Shown here: positions 15,627 through 24,158 of the stretch, piece by piece | Numbering within the stretch: the stretch's first letter is position 1 | How the letters are laid out: each line of letters starts with the position of its first letter | Origin: a virus | IMG/VR virus record: IMGVR_UViG_3300047553_000733 | Location: 1 to 64,000 of that record | Direction: 5' to 3' (one strand) | Length of the DNA: 64,000 bases | Position numbers and translations under genes: made by a program | The notes under the pieces: generated by a model | Seen by the model: only the letters and a program-made list of their open reading frames with translations | Told to the model about the DNA's origin: nothing | The model's database searches: none

Positions 15627-15938
15627 ATGAATACTTATGTACAAACAATCGAGCGGTATAGTGAAATGCTGCGTCGAATTGAAGAAAAGGCTGCTAGTGT
15701 AAAACGGGGTGATAGCGTTAGCTGGAATAGCAGCGGTGGTACAGCTCGTGGCAAGGTTACCAAAGTAATCACTAATGGTGAAGAACAGGTACCTGGCAGT
15801 AGTTTTAAGATTACTGGCACACCAGACGATCCAGGTGCACTTATCAGAGTATACCAAAAAGACGGTGATGGCTACAAGCCAACCGATACTATTGTAGGAC
15901 ATAAAGTTAAAACACTAACCAAAATTGAAGCACTATAA
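15627..15938 (+). CDS. DUF2945-like (Tudor/SH3-like) protein
   Basis: KRGDSVSWNSSGGTARGKV...GTPDDPGALI...VGHK. Confidence 0.7.
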   Translation: MNTYVQTIERYSEMLRRIEEKAASVKRGDSVSWNSSGGTARGKVTKVITNGEEQVPGSSFKITGTPDDPGALIRVYQKDGDGYKPTDTIVGHKVKTLTKIEAL

Positions 15939-16055
15939 TGCCTTGCAAGAAACCAATGATGTAATCCCCGATTATCTAACGCTCTACGGGGGCAGTACCG
16001 GAAAGTTAAACTGCTAAAATAAACTTTCCACAACACACAACACATAGGAAATATT

Positions 16056-16310
16056 ATGTTCGGACCACATTTTTTTATTGATACCTTTCAAACTTCAAAA
16101 AAGGTAATCACAGACGCAGTTTTCAAAGATGCTACTTTGAACAAGGCTGCTCATAACTACATTGACGCGCAAACATCTTTTGCCAAGATGATGGCTACCA
16201 ATGCTATTGATCTTGCTAAATATTCTGTAGATTCAGTATCTAAGGTACTATTTCCGCAGACGGAGCAAGCTTCACGAGCTCCATACAAAATAGAAAAAGA
16301 AGCCAACTAA
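16056..16310 (+). CDS. hypothetical protein (phasin-like helical)
   Basis: FIDTFQTSKK...YIDAQTSFAK; family call tentative. Confidence 0.6.
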   Translation: MFGPHFFIDTFQTSKKVITDAVFKDATLNKAAHNYIDAQTSFAKMMATNAIDLAKYSVDSVSKVLFPQTEQASRAPYKIEKEAN

Positions 16311-16334
16311 TACACACAACACATAGGAAATATT

Positions 16335-16562
16335 ATGACACCTTTTGAAATTCGTGCCCAAATGCTTGAAATGGCACAAGACTACCTACAGAAACAGTTT
16401 GAACTCAACAGTGAGTTTGCTAAGCGTACATTTGACGAACTAGTCAAAAGTGGCGAAAAAGTACAAAGCGACTACAATCAATATATGCCAAAAATGTATG
16501 GCTTTGATGAAGTTGTTAGTAAGGCAAAGGAACTATATGGTTTTGTTAAAGATGTTAAGTGA
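16335..16562 (+). CDS. phage hypothetical protein
   Basis: MTPFEIRAQMLEMA...KAKELYGFV. Confidence 0.75.
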   Translation: MTPFEIRAQMLEMAQDYLQKQFELNSEFAKRTFDELVKSGEKVQSDYNQYMPKMYGFDEVVSKAKELYGFVKDVK

Positions 16563-16706
16563 ACTATGGCTTAACTTACAAAGCATGTTAAAACCTTACT
16601 CTCTAGAAGATTTTATCAATGATTATAAGCCGCGAGACCATGCTGACCTAGAGCGTGCAGAACGCCTGTGGCAACAGCATAAAGAACAAGGTTTTTGGCA
16701 TTAAAT

Positions 16707-16785
16707 AGCAGAGTAGGGGAGTCTAGCCGTCCCCGCCAGTCTCATAAGCTGGAGATCACAGGTGCGAATCCTGTCTCTGCAACCA
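16707..16785 (+). tRNA. tRNA-Met(CAU), initiator-like
   Basis: Loop CTCATAA, 1:72 mismatch, CCA. Confidence 0.85.
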
Positions 16786-16789
16786 ATTG

Positions 16790-16900
16790 CAGGCTTGTAA
16801 CCATTGTTGTGTAAAGACAACATCCTGCGTCCGCTGAAGCGAAAACAAGATGGGCTGCTCTCACGGGGTCGATTAGTACCTGACATAAAAAACTATACCA
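16790..16900 (+). ncRNA. candidate ncRNA with preQ1-I-like pseudoknot
   Basis: CATC..CGC-TGAA-GCG..GATG hairpin, then GTCGA-TTAGTAC-CTGAC-ATAAAAAACTA. Confidence 0.4.
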
Positions 16901-16952
16901 CTACCCGGGACCGTAGTCAGTCGGTCAGAGCGAGAGAGTGTGGGCTCTAAGC

Positions 16953-16998
16953 TAATGCTTAGATTTAGTAGTCTAGTGGCTATTAAATCTAAGCATTA
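16953..16998. repeat. 19-bp inverted repeat hairpin
   Basis: TAATGCTTAGATTTAGTAG...CTATTAAATCTAAGCATTA. Confidence 0.7.
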
Positions 16999-17024
16999 TT
17001 ATTATTTGCAACAAAGGAATAAAC

Positions 17025-17246
17025 ATGAGTGATGGCGGTAAGGGCAGTAAGCCCAGACCTTTTAGTGTAAGTCAACAGGAGTGGTCAACTCGCTGGGATG
17101 CTATATTTGGCAGGGATGTACCAAATGATTTTCAAGACATACTTTCAACTGAAGACTGTATGCTTGAAGCGTTTAAAGAGCGTGAAGAACGAGAGTCACG
17201 AAATAACGAAGAAACGCAACAAGCACACGAACAGGCTAAAAATTAG
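17025..17246 (+). CDS. phage hypothetical protein
   Basis: MSDGGKGSKPRPFSV...WDAIFG; AAGGA RBS. Confidence 0.75.
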   Translation: MSDGGKGSKPRPFSVSQQEWSTRWDAIFGRDVPNDFQDILSTEDCMLEAFKEREERESRNNEETQQAHEQAKN

Positions 17247-17937
17247 TCTACTAGCCACCTTAATGGCATTTATGCCTAGCAGCTTTGCCGATAATCATAG
17301 TATTAAGGCTAAAAGCTGGTTAGTAACTGATAGTACGGGTAGTGTACAAACTGGCAGTAACTACGAAGAACAGCGCAGTATTGCTAGCATAACTAAACTG
17401 ATGACAGTTATGGCAGTGCTAGATCATGGGCAAAACTTAGCTGAAAAGCTGGGCAAGTATACCCGTGAGCAACTAATAAAACTTAGTTTAATTAAGTCAG
17501 ATAATTGGGCTACAGATGTGCTGTGTAACAGCATGCCTGGTGGCCGTAGTGCTTGTGTAAAGTACATGAATGAAAAAGCTGGTAAACTTGGTATGCAGAA
17601 TACAAAGTTTATAGAGCCTACGGGCTTAAGCCCAATGAATATTAGTACAGCAACCGACTTAATTAAACTAGTAAAAGAAGCTAGTCACTACCCACAAATT
17701 GTGGAGGCTAGTGGTACAGCAAAGTATCCTCTAGTAGAAAATAAAAAGACTACAACTGTATATAACACAAATAAGTTAGTTGGCAGTGGCCGTGAGCTAC
17801 TAGTTAGTAAAACTGGTACTACAAACGCTGCTGGACAGTGTGTAGTGATGATGGATGCTGATGGCAGAGTATATATTCTATTAGGTATGCAGCCTGGTAG
17901 AAGATTATTAGAATCAAAAGAAATAGTTACAATGTAG
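17098..17937 (+). CDS. D-Ala-D-Ala carboxypeptidase/endopeptidase (peptidase S11, PBP7-like); start uncertain
   Basis: SITK (SxxK), SDN (SxN), KTG motifs. Confidence 0.9.
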   Translation: MLYLAGMYQMIFKTYFQLKTVCLKRLKSVKNESHEITKKRNKHTNRLKISLLATLMAFMPSSFADNHSIKAKSWLVTDSTGSVQTGSNYEEQRSIASITKLMTVMAVLDHGQNLAEKLGKYTREQLIKLSLIKSDNWATDVLCNSMPGGRSACVKYMNEKAGKLGMQNTKFIEPTGLSPMNISTATDLIKLVKEASHYPQIVEASGTAKYPLVENKKTTTVYNTNKLVGSGRELLVSKTGTTNAAGQCVVMMDADGRVYILLGMQPGRRLLESKEIVTM

Positions 17938-17938
17938 T

Positions 17939-18012
17939 GTCTCGCTAGTGTAATGGCAGCATACCAGTCTCCAAAACTGTTGGTCGGGGTTCGAGTCCCT
18001 GGCGGGATGCCA
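17939..18012 (+). tRNA. tRNA-Trp(CCA)
   Basis: Loop CTCCAAA, CCA end. Confidence 0.9.
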
Positions 18013-18077
18013 AAATTTTAATTTGAATTATTTCCTTAACAGTGCTACAATATATTTTTAATCAGAGGAAATACTAC

Positions 18078-18293
18078 ATGAATCTATTAGCACAAGTTTC
18101 TAGTCCTATGTTTTTACTGCCTGCGTATGGTCGCAGCTATAAAACTAAACAAGAAGCATTGAGTGCATGGAATAGCGGCAAGGATTTTCAAATCTATAGA
18201 GGCCCATACTGTAGTAAACGCGATATTGATCAGCTACATGATTTGGCTGATAGAGTATATATTCAGTATGATAACGGAATAGTAGAAGTATAG
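18078..18293 (+). CDS. hypothetical protein
   Basis: PAYGRSYKT..WNSGKDF; GAGG RBS. Confidence 0.65.
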   Translation: MNLLAQVSSPMFLLPAYGRSYKTKQEALSAWNSGKDFQIYRGPYCSKRDIDQLHDLADRVYIQYDNGIVEV

Positions 18294-18385
18294 GGTGTGT
18301 TGATGCTATGGTGTGTGCATCCCAAGACTGTAAATCTTGTCCCGCTGGGTAAACACTGTTGGTTCGACTCCAACCACACCCACCA
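18293..18385 (+). tRNA. tRNA-Tyr(GUA)
   Basis: CAAGA-CTGTAAA-TCTTG, variable arm, CCA. Confidence 0.9.
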
Positions 18386-18389
18386 ATAC

Positions 18390-18472
18390 GCCCCTGTGGT
18401 GGAATGGTAGACACAGGAGACTTAAAATCTCCCGCTTTTGGCGTGCCAGTTCGACTCTGGCCAGGGGTACCA
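18390..18472 (+). tRNA. tRNA-Leu(UAA)
   Basis: Loop CTTAAAA, CCA. Confidence 0.95.
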
Positions 18473-18474
18473 CT

Positions 18475-18657
18475 ATGAAACAAACTATGAATGAAATTTT
18501 ACTAGCATTACTAGGCTCACAAGAATTAGTAGAGCGCTGGTGGGCTACACCAAATAAAGCATTTGATGGTGAAATACCAGATGATTTGCTACATACACCT
18601 CGTAAAATTGAGGTGTATAAATATATAATGGCTCAAGTAAGTGGTCATTACAGTTAA
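18475..18657 (+). CDS. hypothetical protein (MbcA/Xre antitoxin C-terminal-like)
   Basis: LLGSQELVERWWATPNKAFDGEIPDDL. Confidence 0.5.
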   Translation: MKQTMNEILLALLGSQELVERWWATPNKAFDGEIPDDLLHTPRKIEVYKYIMAQVSGHYS

Positions 18658-18659
18658 TA

Positions 18660-18734
18660 GACTCTGAAGTGTTCATGGACGCACGTATGCCTGTCACGCA
18701 TAAAGAAGGGGATCGTTACCCCTCAGGGTCGCCA
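18660..18734 (+). tRNA. tRNA-Asp(GUC)
   Basis: Loop CTGTCAC, atypical T loop ATCGTTA, CCA. Confidence 0.9.
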
Positions 18735-18798
18735 TACTAAAGCATATTAGTAGTTATAAACTATAGCCTGCACTAGCGGGGCTATAGTTTATAGTTAT

Positions 18799-18873
18799 TC
18801 CACTGTAGCTCAGAGGTAGAGCAGTTGACTGTTAATCAATTGGTCGTTGGTTCGATCCCAGCCAGTGGAGCCA
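18799..18873 (+). tRNA. tRNA-Asn(GUU)
   Basis: Loop CTGTTAA, CCA. Confidence 0.95.
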
Positions 18874-19020
18874 TTTGGGAGTATTTATGTTAGTATATCA
18901 TGGCCGCAGTAGGGAAATGTGCGAGTGGGTTATTGCCCAGTATGAGCACTGCCCACTAAGCAAAAATAATTTGACTACACAGCTGTGGATACAAGCCTGT
19001 AAAGATTTTCTACAATCACT

Positions 19021-19096
19021 TGGGGATTCGCCAAGCAGGTAAGGCATCGGATTTTGATTCCGACATTCGGTGGTTCGAGTCCATCATCCCCAGCCA
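19021..19096 (+). tRNA. tRNA-Gln(UUG)
   Basis: Loop TTTTGAT, CCA. Confidence 0.95.
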
Positions 19097-19103
19097 AAAC
19101 ATC

Positions 19104-19574
19104 ATGAAAAAATTTAATATTGAACAAGTTCGCGAATTTATATATAATCAATCTTTAGAAACCAAAGTTTATCTTGGCGCAGACAGTGAGCGCGTAAATG
19201 TTGGTGGCAAGTGGTGTGTAGACTATACCATGGCTGTAGTAGTGCATATAGACGGACGACACGGCTGTAAGGTGTTTGGTTATGTAGAGCGCGAACCGGA
19301 CTGGGATCAAAAAAAGAATAAGCCTGCTCTTAGACTAATGAACGAAGTCTACAAAGTAGCACATCTATTCAGCGAATTGAGTGAGGTATTACAAGACAGA
19401 CACGTTGAAGTACATCTAGACTTAAATCCGCAAGAACACTTTGCCAGTAGCCAGGTTGTACAGCAAGCAGTAGGATACATTCGCGGAGTGTGCAATATTG
19501 ATCCACAAGTAAAGCCACAAGCATTTGCAGCAACTTACGCAGCCGATAGACTTAAATTTGTATTGAGTAACTAA
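19104..19574 (+). CDS. RNase H-like YkuK-family protein
   Basis: VYLGADSE, RLMNEV, EVHLDLN, KPQAFAATYAAD. Confidence 0.8.
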   Translation: MKKFNIEQVREFIYNQSLETKVYLGADSERVNVGGKWCVDYTMAVVVHIDGRHGCKVFGYVEREPDWDQKKNKPALRLMNEVYKVAHLFSELSEVLQDRHVEVHLDLNPQEHFASSQVVQQAVGYIRGVCNIDPQVKPQAFAATYAADRLKFVLSN

Positions 19575-19575
19575 A

Positions 19576-19794
19576 ATGACACTATTTAAACAAAAAGACC
19601 GCTTTGACTTGGAACAAGAGATTATGGAGTGCTGGAATGTAACCAAAGACATTCAGAACTTCTATTATGCTCAAGAAAACCTGGACGAAGATCAGCGTGC
19701 AAACTATATTCTTGGACTAGAGCAGATTTATGAAGTAAAGTTTGAAAAGCTGTGGGCTACTTTTGAACAGTGCATTCGTAATAAACAAATCTAA
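19576..19794 (+). CDS. phage hypothetical protein
   Basis: DRFDLEQEIMECW...KFEKLWATFE. Confidence 0.75.
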   Translation: MTLFKQKDRFDLEQEIMECWNVTKDIQNFYYAQENLDEDQRANYILGLEQIYEVKFEKLWATFEQCIRNKQI

Positions 19795-19870
19795 CTTGGT
19801 GTGACCCGAACGGCTAGGGAGCGGATTGCAAATCCGTTATATGCAGGTTCGAATCCTGTCACCAAGTCCA
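19795..19870 (+). tRNA. tRNA-Cys(GCA)
   Basis: Loop TTGCAAA, U73, CCA. Confidence 0.95.
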
Positions 19871-19871
19871 T

Positions 19872-19946
19872 GCCGGTTTAGCTCAGTGGTAGAGCAACCG
19901 CCTTGTAAGCGGTAGGTCGTCAGTTCGATCCCGACATCCGGCACCA
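19872..19946 (+). tRNA. tRNA-Thr(UGU)
   Basis: Loop CTTGTAA, CCA. Confidence 0.95.
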
Positions 19947-20056
19947 TAACAAAACACACTACTTGCCACTTAATCAATATATGCGGAGCTGTTCCGGACT
20001 GTAGCCTTCCGCGGGTAACTGGGAGCACCCAGCATAGGTAGTGTGTTTTGTTATGG
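19944..20056 (+). ncRNA. stem-closed small RNA between tRNA-Thr and tRNA-Ser
   Basis: Perfect 19-bp terminal inverted repeat; internal GCGGA/TCCGC and CTGGG/CCCAG hairpins. Confidence 0.55.
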
Positions 20057-20143
20057 AGGGTTAACTAGGCTGGGCCTGGCACTGTTTTGAACACAGATGG
20101 ACTTGGAAACAGGTTGGAGTTCGATTCTACCATCCCTCCTCCA
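20055..20143 (+). tRNA. atypical tRNA-Ser(UGA)
   Basis: Loop TTTGAAC, variable arm, 6-bp D stem, bulged T stem, CCA. Confidence 0.75.
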
Positions 20144-20396
20144 TTAAAAAGGTTTTTATGTTAATAAATATTCTACTAATAATTCTTGCAGTATTTTGTG
20201 TAAGTTATTGGGCGTACTATGTAGCCGTGTATGATTGGGATAATTTTGAACAAGATCAGCAACGAGCAAAAGAAGACTTTTTTTAATGGAGCGCAAATGC
20301 AGTATATAATGATGTTTCCTCCAAAGCAGTTTATACATTGGTATATTGATGAGCATGGCTTTTTAGATTTAGAATTAATTGATTTATCAGATTAAC

Positions 20397-20473
20397 GCGT
20401 GCGTCGTATAGCCTGGTTATTATCGCTGGTTGCCAACCAGTGGACAGGGGTTCGAATCCCCTCGCCCGCACCA
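20397..20473 (+). tRNA. tRNA-Gly(GCC)
   Basis: Loop TTGCCAA, CCA. Confidence 0.9.
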
Positions 20474-20474
20474 A

Positions 20475-20548
20475 GCGTGGTTAGTTTAATGGCAAAACGG
20501 TAGGCTTCCAACCTTCAGTCAAGAGTTCGATTCTCTTACCCCGCACCA
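20475..20548 (+). tRNA. tRNA-Gly(UCC)
   Basis: Loop CTTCCAA, CCA. Confidence 0.9.
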
Positions 20549-20567
20549 CACAACACAAAGGAAAACA

Positions 20568-21020
20568 ATGTTGAGTAATACACTTAAAAACTTGGAGAGT
20601 GCGCTCGCTGGCGAGAGCATGGCTCACATCAAGTACCGATACTTTGCAAAGATTGCTCGTGAATCAGGCTACGACGATATTGCCGATCACTTTGAGCATA
20701 CAGCAAATCAGGAAATTAAACACGCCTGGGGCCATCTAGAACTACTAGTAGGCTACCCCAGTGTGCGGGAATGTTTGGAACTAGCAATCAAGGGCGAGAC
20801 TTATGAGTATACAGAAATGTATCCAAAGTTTCAAGAAGAAGCTGAACTAGAAGGTGATGAAAATGCCTTGCTAGAAGCCAGATTGCAAGCTAAAGAATCT
20901 AAGGAGCACGCAGAAGCGTTTCAAGAACTACTATATAAAGCTGAAGCACGATTTGCTGCACTGGCTAAAGTAGAGGAACGGCATGCAAATGCTTACAAGA
21001 AAAAGCTGGAGGCACTATGA
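20568..21020 (+). CDS. rubrerythrin (ferritin-like diiron protein)
   Basis: NLESALAGESMA, ExxH motifs, GETYEYTEMYP. Confidence 0.9.
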   Translation: MLSNTLKNLESALAGESMAHIKYRYFAKIARESGYDDIADHFEHTANQEIKHAWGHLELLVGYPSVRECLELAIKGETYEYTEMYPKFQEEAELEGDENALLEARLQAKESKEHAEAFQELLYKAEARFAALAKVEERHANAYKKKLEAL

Positions 21021-21163
21021 GTAACTGCGAATATGTATGCATAGTGTGTGGTCATATACATGACGAAGAAGTCGAAGGTCAATGGGATACCTTACCTGAT
21101 GACTTTGAGTGCCCAGAGTGTGGAGTAGGCAAAGAAGATTACGAAGTGTATAGCTTTGATTAA
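21017..21163 (+). CDS. rubredoxin (below ORF-track cutoff)
   Basis: Translated by hand: YVCIVCGHIHDE...LPDDFECPECGVGKEDY. Confidence 0.9.
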   Translation: MSNCEYVCIVCGHIHDEEVEGQWDTLPDDFECPECGVGKEDYEVYSFD

Positions 21164-21164
21164 T

Positions 21165-21239
21165 GCCTGATTAACTCAGCGGTAGAGTGCCTCCTTTACA
21201 CGGAGTAGGTCGGCGGTTCGATCCCGTCATCAGGTACCA
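21165..21239 (+). tRNA. tRNA-Val(UAC)
   Basis: Loop TTTACAC, CCA. Confidence 0.95.
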
Positions 21240-21305
21240 AATTATTAACTTGATTTATATCCCCAAACTTAGTATAATATATACTGGTTTGGGGATTTTT
21301 TATTT

Positions 21306-21445
21306 ATGCAAACACCTTGTATTAAAATATGTAAACTAAATCCCTACACACAAGCGTGTATAGCCTGTAAGCGGACTATAGAAGAAATACAGCGCTGGGC
21401 ATACATGACCCCTGCAGAACGTGAAAAAATAATGAAACAATTACT

Positions 21446-21455
<10 letters not shown>
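21306..21455 (+). CDS. DUF1289-like small Cys protein
   Basis: MQTPCIKICKL...CIACKRTIEEIQRW. Confidence 0.75.
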
Positions 21456-21523
<68 letters not shown>

Positions 21524-21533
21524 AGGACACAAA

Positions 21534-21863
21534 ATGGAAAATTCAGAAATTAAAAAAGAACTAGATGAAACTGCTAGAGAGTTTGATAAGTATGTTCAGG
21601 CCTTGGAACAAGAACAAGAAACTTACTGGAATAGTCTAACCGAAGACCAGAGACTAATGGCTTTTTGTTCTGTAGTACGACGTATTTACAAAGGCGAAGT
21701 AGAAGAGCGTGGCACTTATCGCTATGTTCTGTATGATGTTTTTGATTTTGGTCCACAAAGCTACATGCTTGCACAACTAGCAGGTTACTTGACTATACAC
21801 AACTTAATCTTTGAAGGACTAGATGCCGAGGAGAAGGTAATCACTAGTGGAGAACAGACTTAG
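21534..21863 (+). CDS. hypothetical protein
   Basis: GTYRYVLYDVFDFG..GYLTIHN. Confidence 0.7.
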   Translation: MENSEIKKELDETAREFDKYVQALEQEQETYWNSLTEDQRLMAFCSVVRRIYKGEVEERGTYRYVLYDVFDFGPQSYMLAQLAGYLTIHNLIFEGLDAEEKVITSGEQT

Positions 21864-21953
21864 TAAGTGATTTTTTGTTGCAAAATTATTTTGTTGACAA
21901 GTTGTGATTAATTTAGTATAATATTAGATTCTTAACCACGTAAAGGATATATA

Positions 21954-22313
21954 ATGAAGATTTATTTTGGCAAAGCCGACCCTCATGATGTGAGTATGTT
22001 TGGTGATGATGGTATGTTTACCATTGAGCGCAATGGAGAAACTCACTGGTTTTATCAAGGCGTAGAACATGGCACTAATCCAGGAGGCCTAGATGAAGTA
22101 CGGATTTTTGATGGTTGTAATCGTAGTATTCCAATCAGCATTGATCAAATTCCAGAACTTGTAGAAGCTCTCAATTACTGCTATAACAATCATACTAGCG
22201 TTACTCATGGTCAAGCTTTGGTAGATCGCATTGAAAGTGATGAAGAAGCTTTTGTAGAGTCCGAAGACGGCTATATTTTGGTTAATGATAGTGATTACTC
22301 AGACGAGGAATAA
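21954..22313 (+). CDS. hypothetical protein
   Basis: Strong upstream promoter and AAGGA RBS. Confidence 0.75.
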   Translation: MKIYFGKADPHDVSMFGDDGMFTIERNGETHWFYQGVEHGTNPGGLDEVRIFDGCNRSIPISIDQIPELVEALNYCYNNHTSVTHGQALVDRIESDEEAFVESEDGYILVNDSDYSDEE

Positions 22314-22705
22314 TGTCAAAAAGCGCAAGTAAATCTAAACAGGGCTATTATAGCAATTACAAGGCTAATAGTCGTTGGAAAACTAATCGTGAGCGTAAAC
22401 TTAAAAAGTTAATGCGTGAACAGCCAAACAACCTACAACTTGGAGAAGCGCTAAAGAATATTACTTATAGACGCAGAACTCCAGGTACTACTGGTCAGTG
22501 GTCTAAAACCAATATTCAAACTGCAAAAATGTTTAAGTTCTTTACAGGCATGGCAAGCCATGACTTATTTAGTAGCAATGATAAAATTCGTGCTGCTGCA
22601 CTACATTTACGCGGTAATAGGCAGAATCCCAAGATCGAAGGCCGTGTTAGCTTTACACTAGGAGCACGTGCTCACGATAAACTTGGTAATCTTGTATGGG
22701 GTTGA
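22313..22705 (+). CDS. basic hypothetical protein
   Basis: Operon ORF. Confidence 0.7.
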   Translation: MSKSASKSKQGYYSNYKANSRWKTNRERKLKKLMREQPNNLQLGEALKNITYRRRTPGTTGQWSKTNIQTAKMFKFFTGMASHDLFSSNDKIRAAALHLRGNRQNPKIEGRVSFTLGARAHDKLGNLVWG

Positions 22706-22956
22706 TTGAATTATATATTTTATTTGCACTAACTACAAGTCTTACGTGTTGCATTCTATTCTTTTGGCCATTAGTCAGTGAGGCAAGAGAAGCGGGTATT
22801 GACAATGAGTTTACTCAATATCCAGTAATGAGTGCACTAATCTTTATAGTAATTAGCTGTATTATGGCCCCATTTTTAATACTTCCTATTTTGTTCGAGT
22901 CAAAAGCAGAACAGTTTAGGCGTGGTCTGCACAGTAACATATTTGACAAACAATAA
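22696..22956 (+). CDS. membrane protein
   Basis: Two hydrophobic segments. Confidence 0.7.
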   Translation: MGLIELYILFALTTSLTCCILFFWPLVSEAREAGIDNEFTQYPVMSALIFIVISCIMAPFLILPILFESKAEQFRRGLHSNIFDKQ

Positions 22957-22967
22957 AAATTTTACAG

Positions 22968-22996
22968 TTGACCCTAAGCCGTCAAACTTGTATAAT
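22968..22996 (+). promoter_or_regulatory. sigma70 promoter overlapping TGACCCTAAG motif
   Basis: TTGACC-17-TATAAT. Confidence 0.7.
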
Positions 22997-23027
22997 AATA
23001 TATTGACAACTCAAGGAAACCACACAC

Positions 23028-23300
23028 ATGAAACTAATCGAATTTACTTACACAAAAACCGATGGCTCGCAAAGTTCCAGAGCAGTAATTGAGCTTCAGC
23101 AACCCTGTAAGTTTGTTGAAGGTATTGATGTTACTCAGATGCCTGAGCAAGAATTTGCACAGTTCTGTCTTGAGTTCGGTCAACTCAAACAACAACAACA
23201 CGAGCAAACTATGGCTGTTTTGAATAAGTTTGACTTGAATCATAACTATCGTCGGTTCATCCCTGAGCAAATGCAGGCAGTAACCGCCGATTATGTCTAA
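23028..23300 (+). CDS. hypothetical protein
   Basis: FTYTKTDGSQSSR; RBS and promoter. Confidence 0.75.
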   Translation: MKLIEFTYTKTDGSQSSRAVIELQQPCKFVEGIDVTQMPEQEFAQFCLEFGQLKQQQHEQTMAVLNKFDLNHNYRRFIPEQMQAVTADYV

Positions 23301-23547
23301 ACAACGATTTAGAACATGGGATAGTGCGGCACTGGCAGAAGCCGCTAAATTAGGCTTACAGCTAAGTAAAAAAATAGAAGAAATTTCTATTGACAACGGC
23401 ATCTCGCCATCAGAACTGCCAGACAGTTTAATGCCAACTGATAAGTTATACTTACTAGCAATGGCTTATAATGCTGCATACGAAAAACTAATAGAATATG
23501 ACTTGGTAAAGTCAGGCAATATCAAACAAACTAAAAACACTCATTAA
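23293..23547 (+). CDS. hypothetical protein
   Basis: Operon ORF. Confidence 0.7.
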   Translation: MSKQRFRTWDSAALAEAAKLGLQLSKKIEEISIDNGISPSELPDSLMPTDKLYLLAMAYNAAYEKLIEYDLVKSGNIKQTKNTH

Positions 23548-23555
23548 GGAAACAA

Positions 23556-23930
23556 ATGGCTACAACTACACAGTGGACTGACGAACTCAAGGCTAAGGTT
23601 ATTGAGATGTATGAGGGTGCAGGCCCTACACCCGAGTCCAGTACTGAAATCATCAAAGACATTGCTGAAGAAATCGAAATGTCACCCAATGGCGTACGCA
23701 TGGTGCTTGTGCAAGCTGGCGTATATGTCAAGAAAGACCCCGGTGCTAGTTCCGGTGGCACTAAGACCAAGACCCCTAGTGGCGAAGGCAGCAAGCGTGT
23801 TAGCAAAGAGTCTAGCATCGCAGAACTACGTGCGGCTATTGAAGCCAAGGGCGCACCTATTGATGAAGATATTCTAAGCAAACTTACTGGCAAAGCTGCC
23901 GTATACCTGCTTAGCGTTATCAAGGCTTAA
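23556..23930 (+). CDS. D3: T5 D3-like protein
   Basis: TQWTDEL, SPNGVRM..AGVYVKK, KLTGKAA match T5 D3. Confidence 0.9.
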   Translation: MATTTQWTDELKAKVIEMYEGAGPTPESSTEIIKDIAEEIEMSPNGVRMVLVQAGVYVKKDPGASSGGTKTKTPSGEGSKRVSKESSIAELRAAIEAKGAPIDEDILSKLTGKAAVYLLSVIKA

Positions 23931-23963
23931 TTATAGGCGGCCCAGTGCCGCCTATTCTTTTTT

Positions 23964-24158
23964 ATGGACAACATTATGGATCAAGACATTGTAGACAGAC
24001 TACGCATTCGTGCTAGTATACGGCGACAAATTCCTGGTCGCAAAAGTGTCCAGGAAAACAAGCCAGATAGAATTGCAGACTTGTTAGACGAGGCTGCCCA
24101 AGAAATAATGGACTTGCGAAATCTTGTGCAACAGATGATGGGAGATGACAATGGCTAA
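23964..24158 (+). CDS. hypothetical protein
   Basis: RLRIRASIRRQI..PDRIADLLDEAA. Confidence 0.7.
   Translation: MDNIMDQDIVDRLRIRASIRRQIPGRKSVQENKPDRIADLLDEAAQEIMDLRNLVQQMMGDDNG

Noticed and set aside
16906-16950. tRNA-like 5' half (GGGACCGTAGTCAGTCGGTCAGAGCG)
   Set aside because: No T arm, acceptor complement or CCA; at most a remnant.
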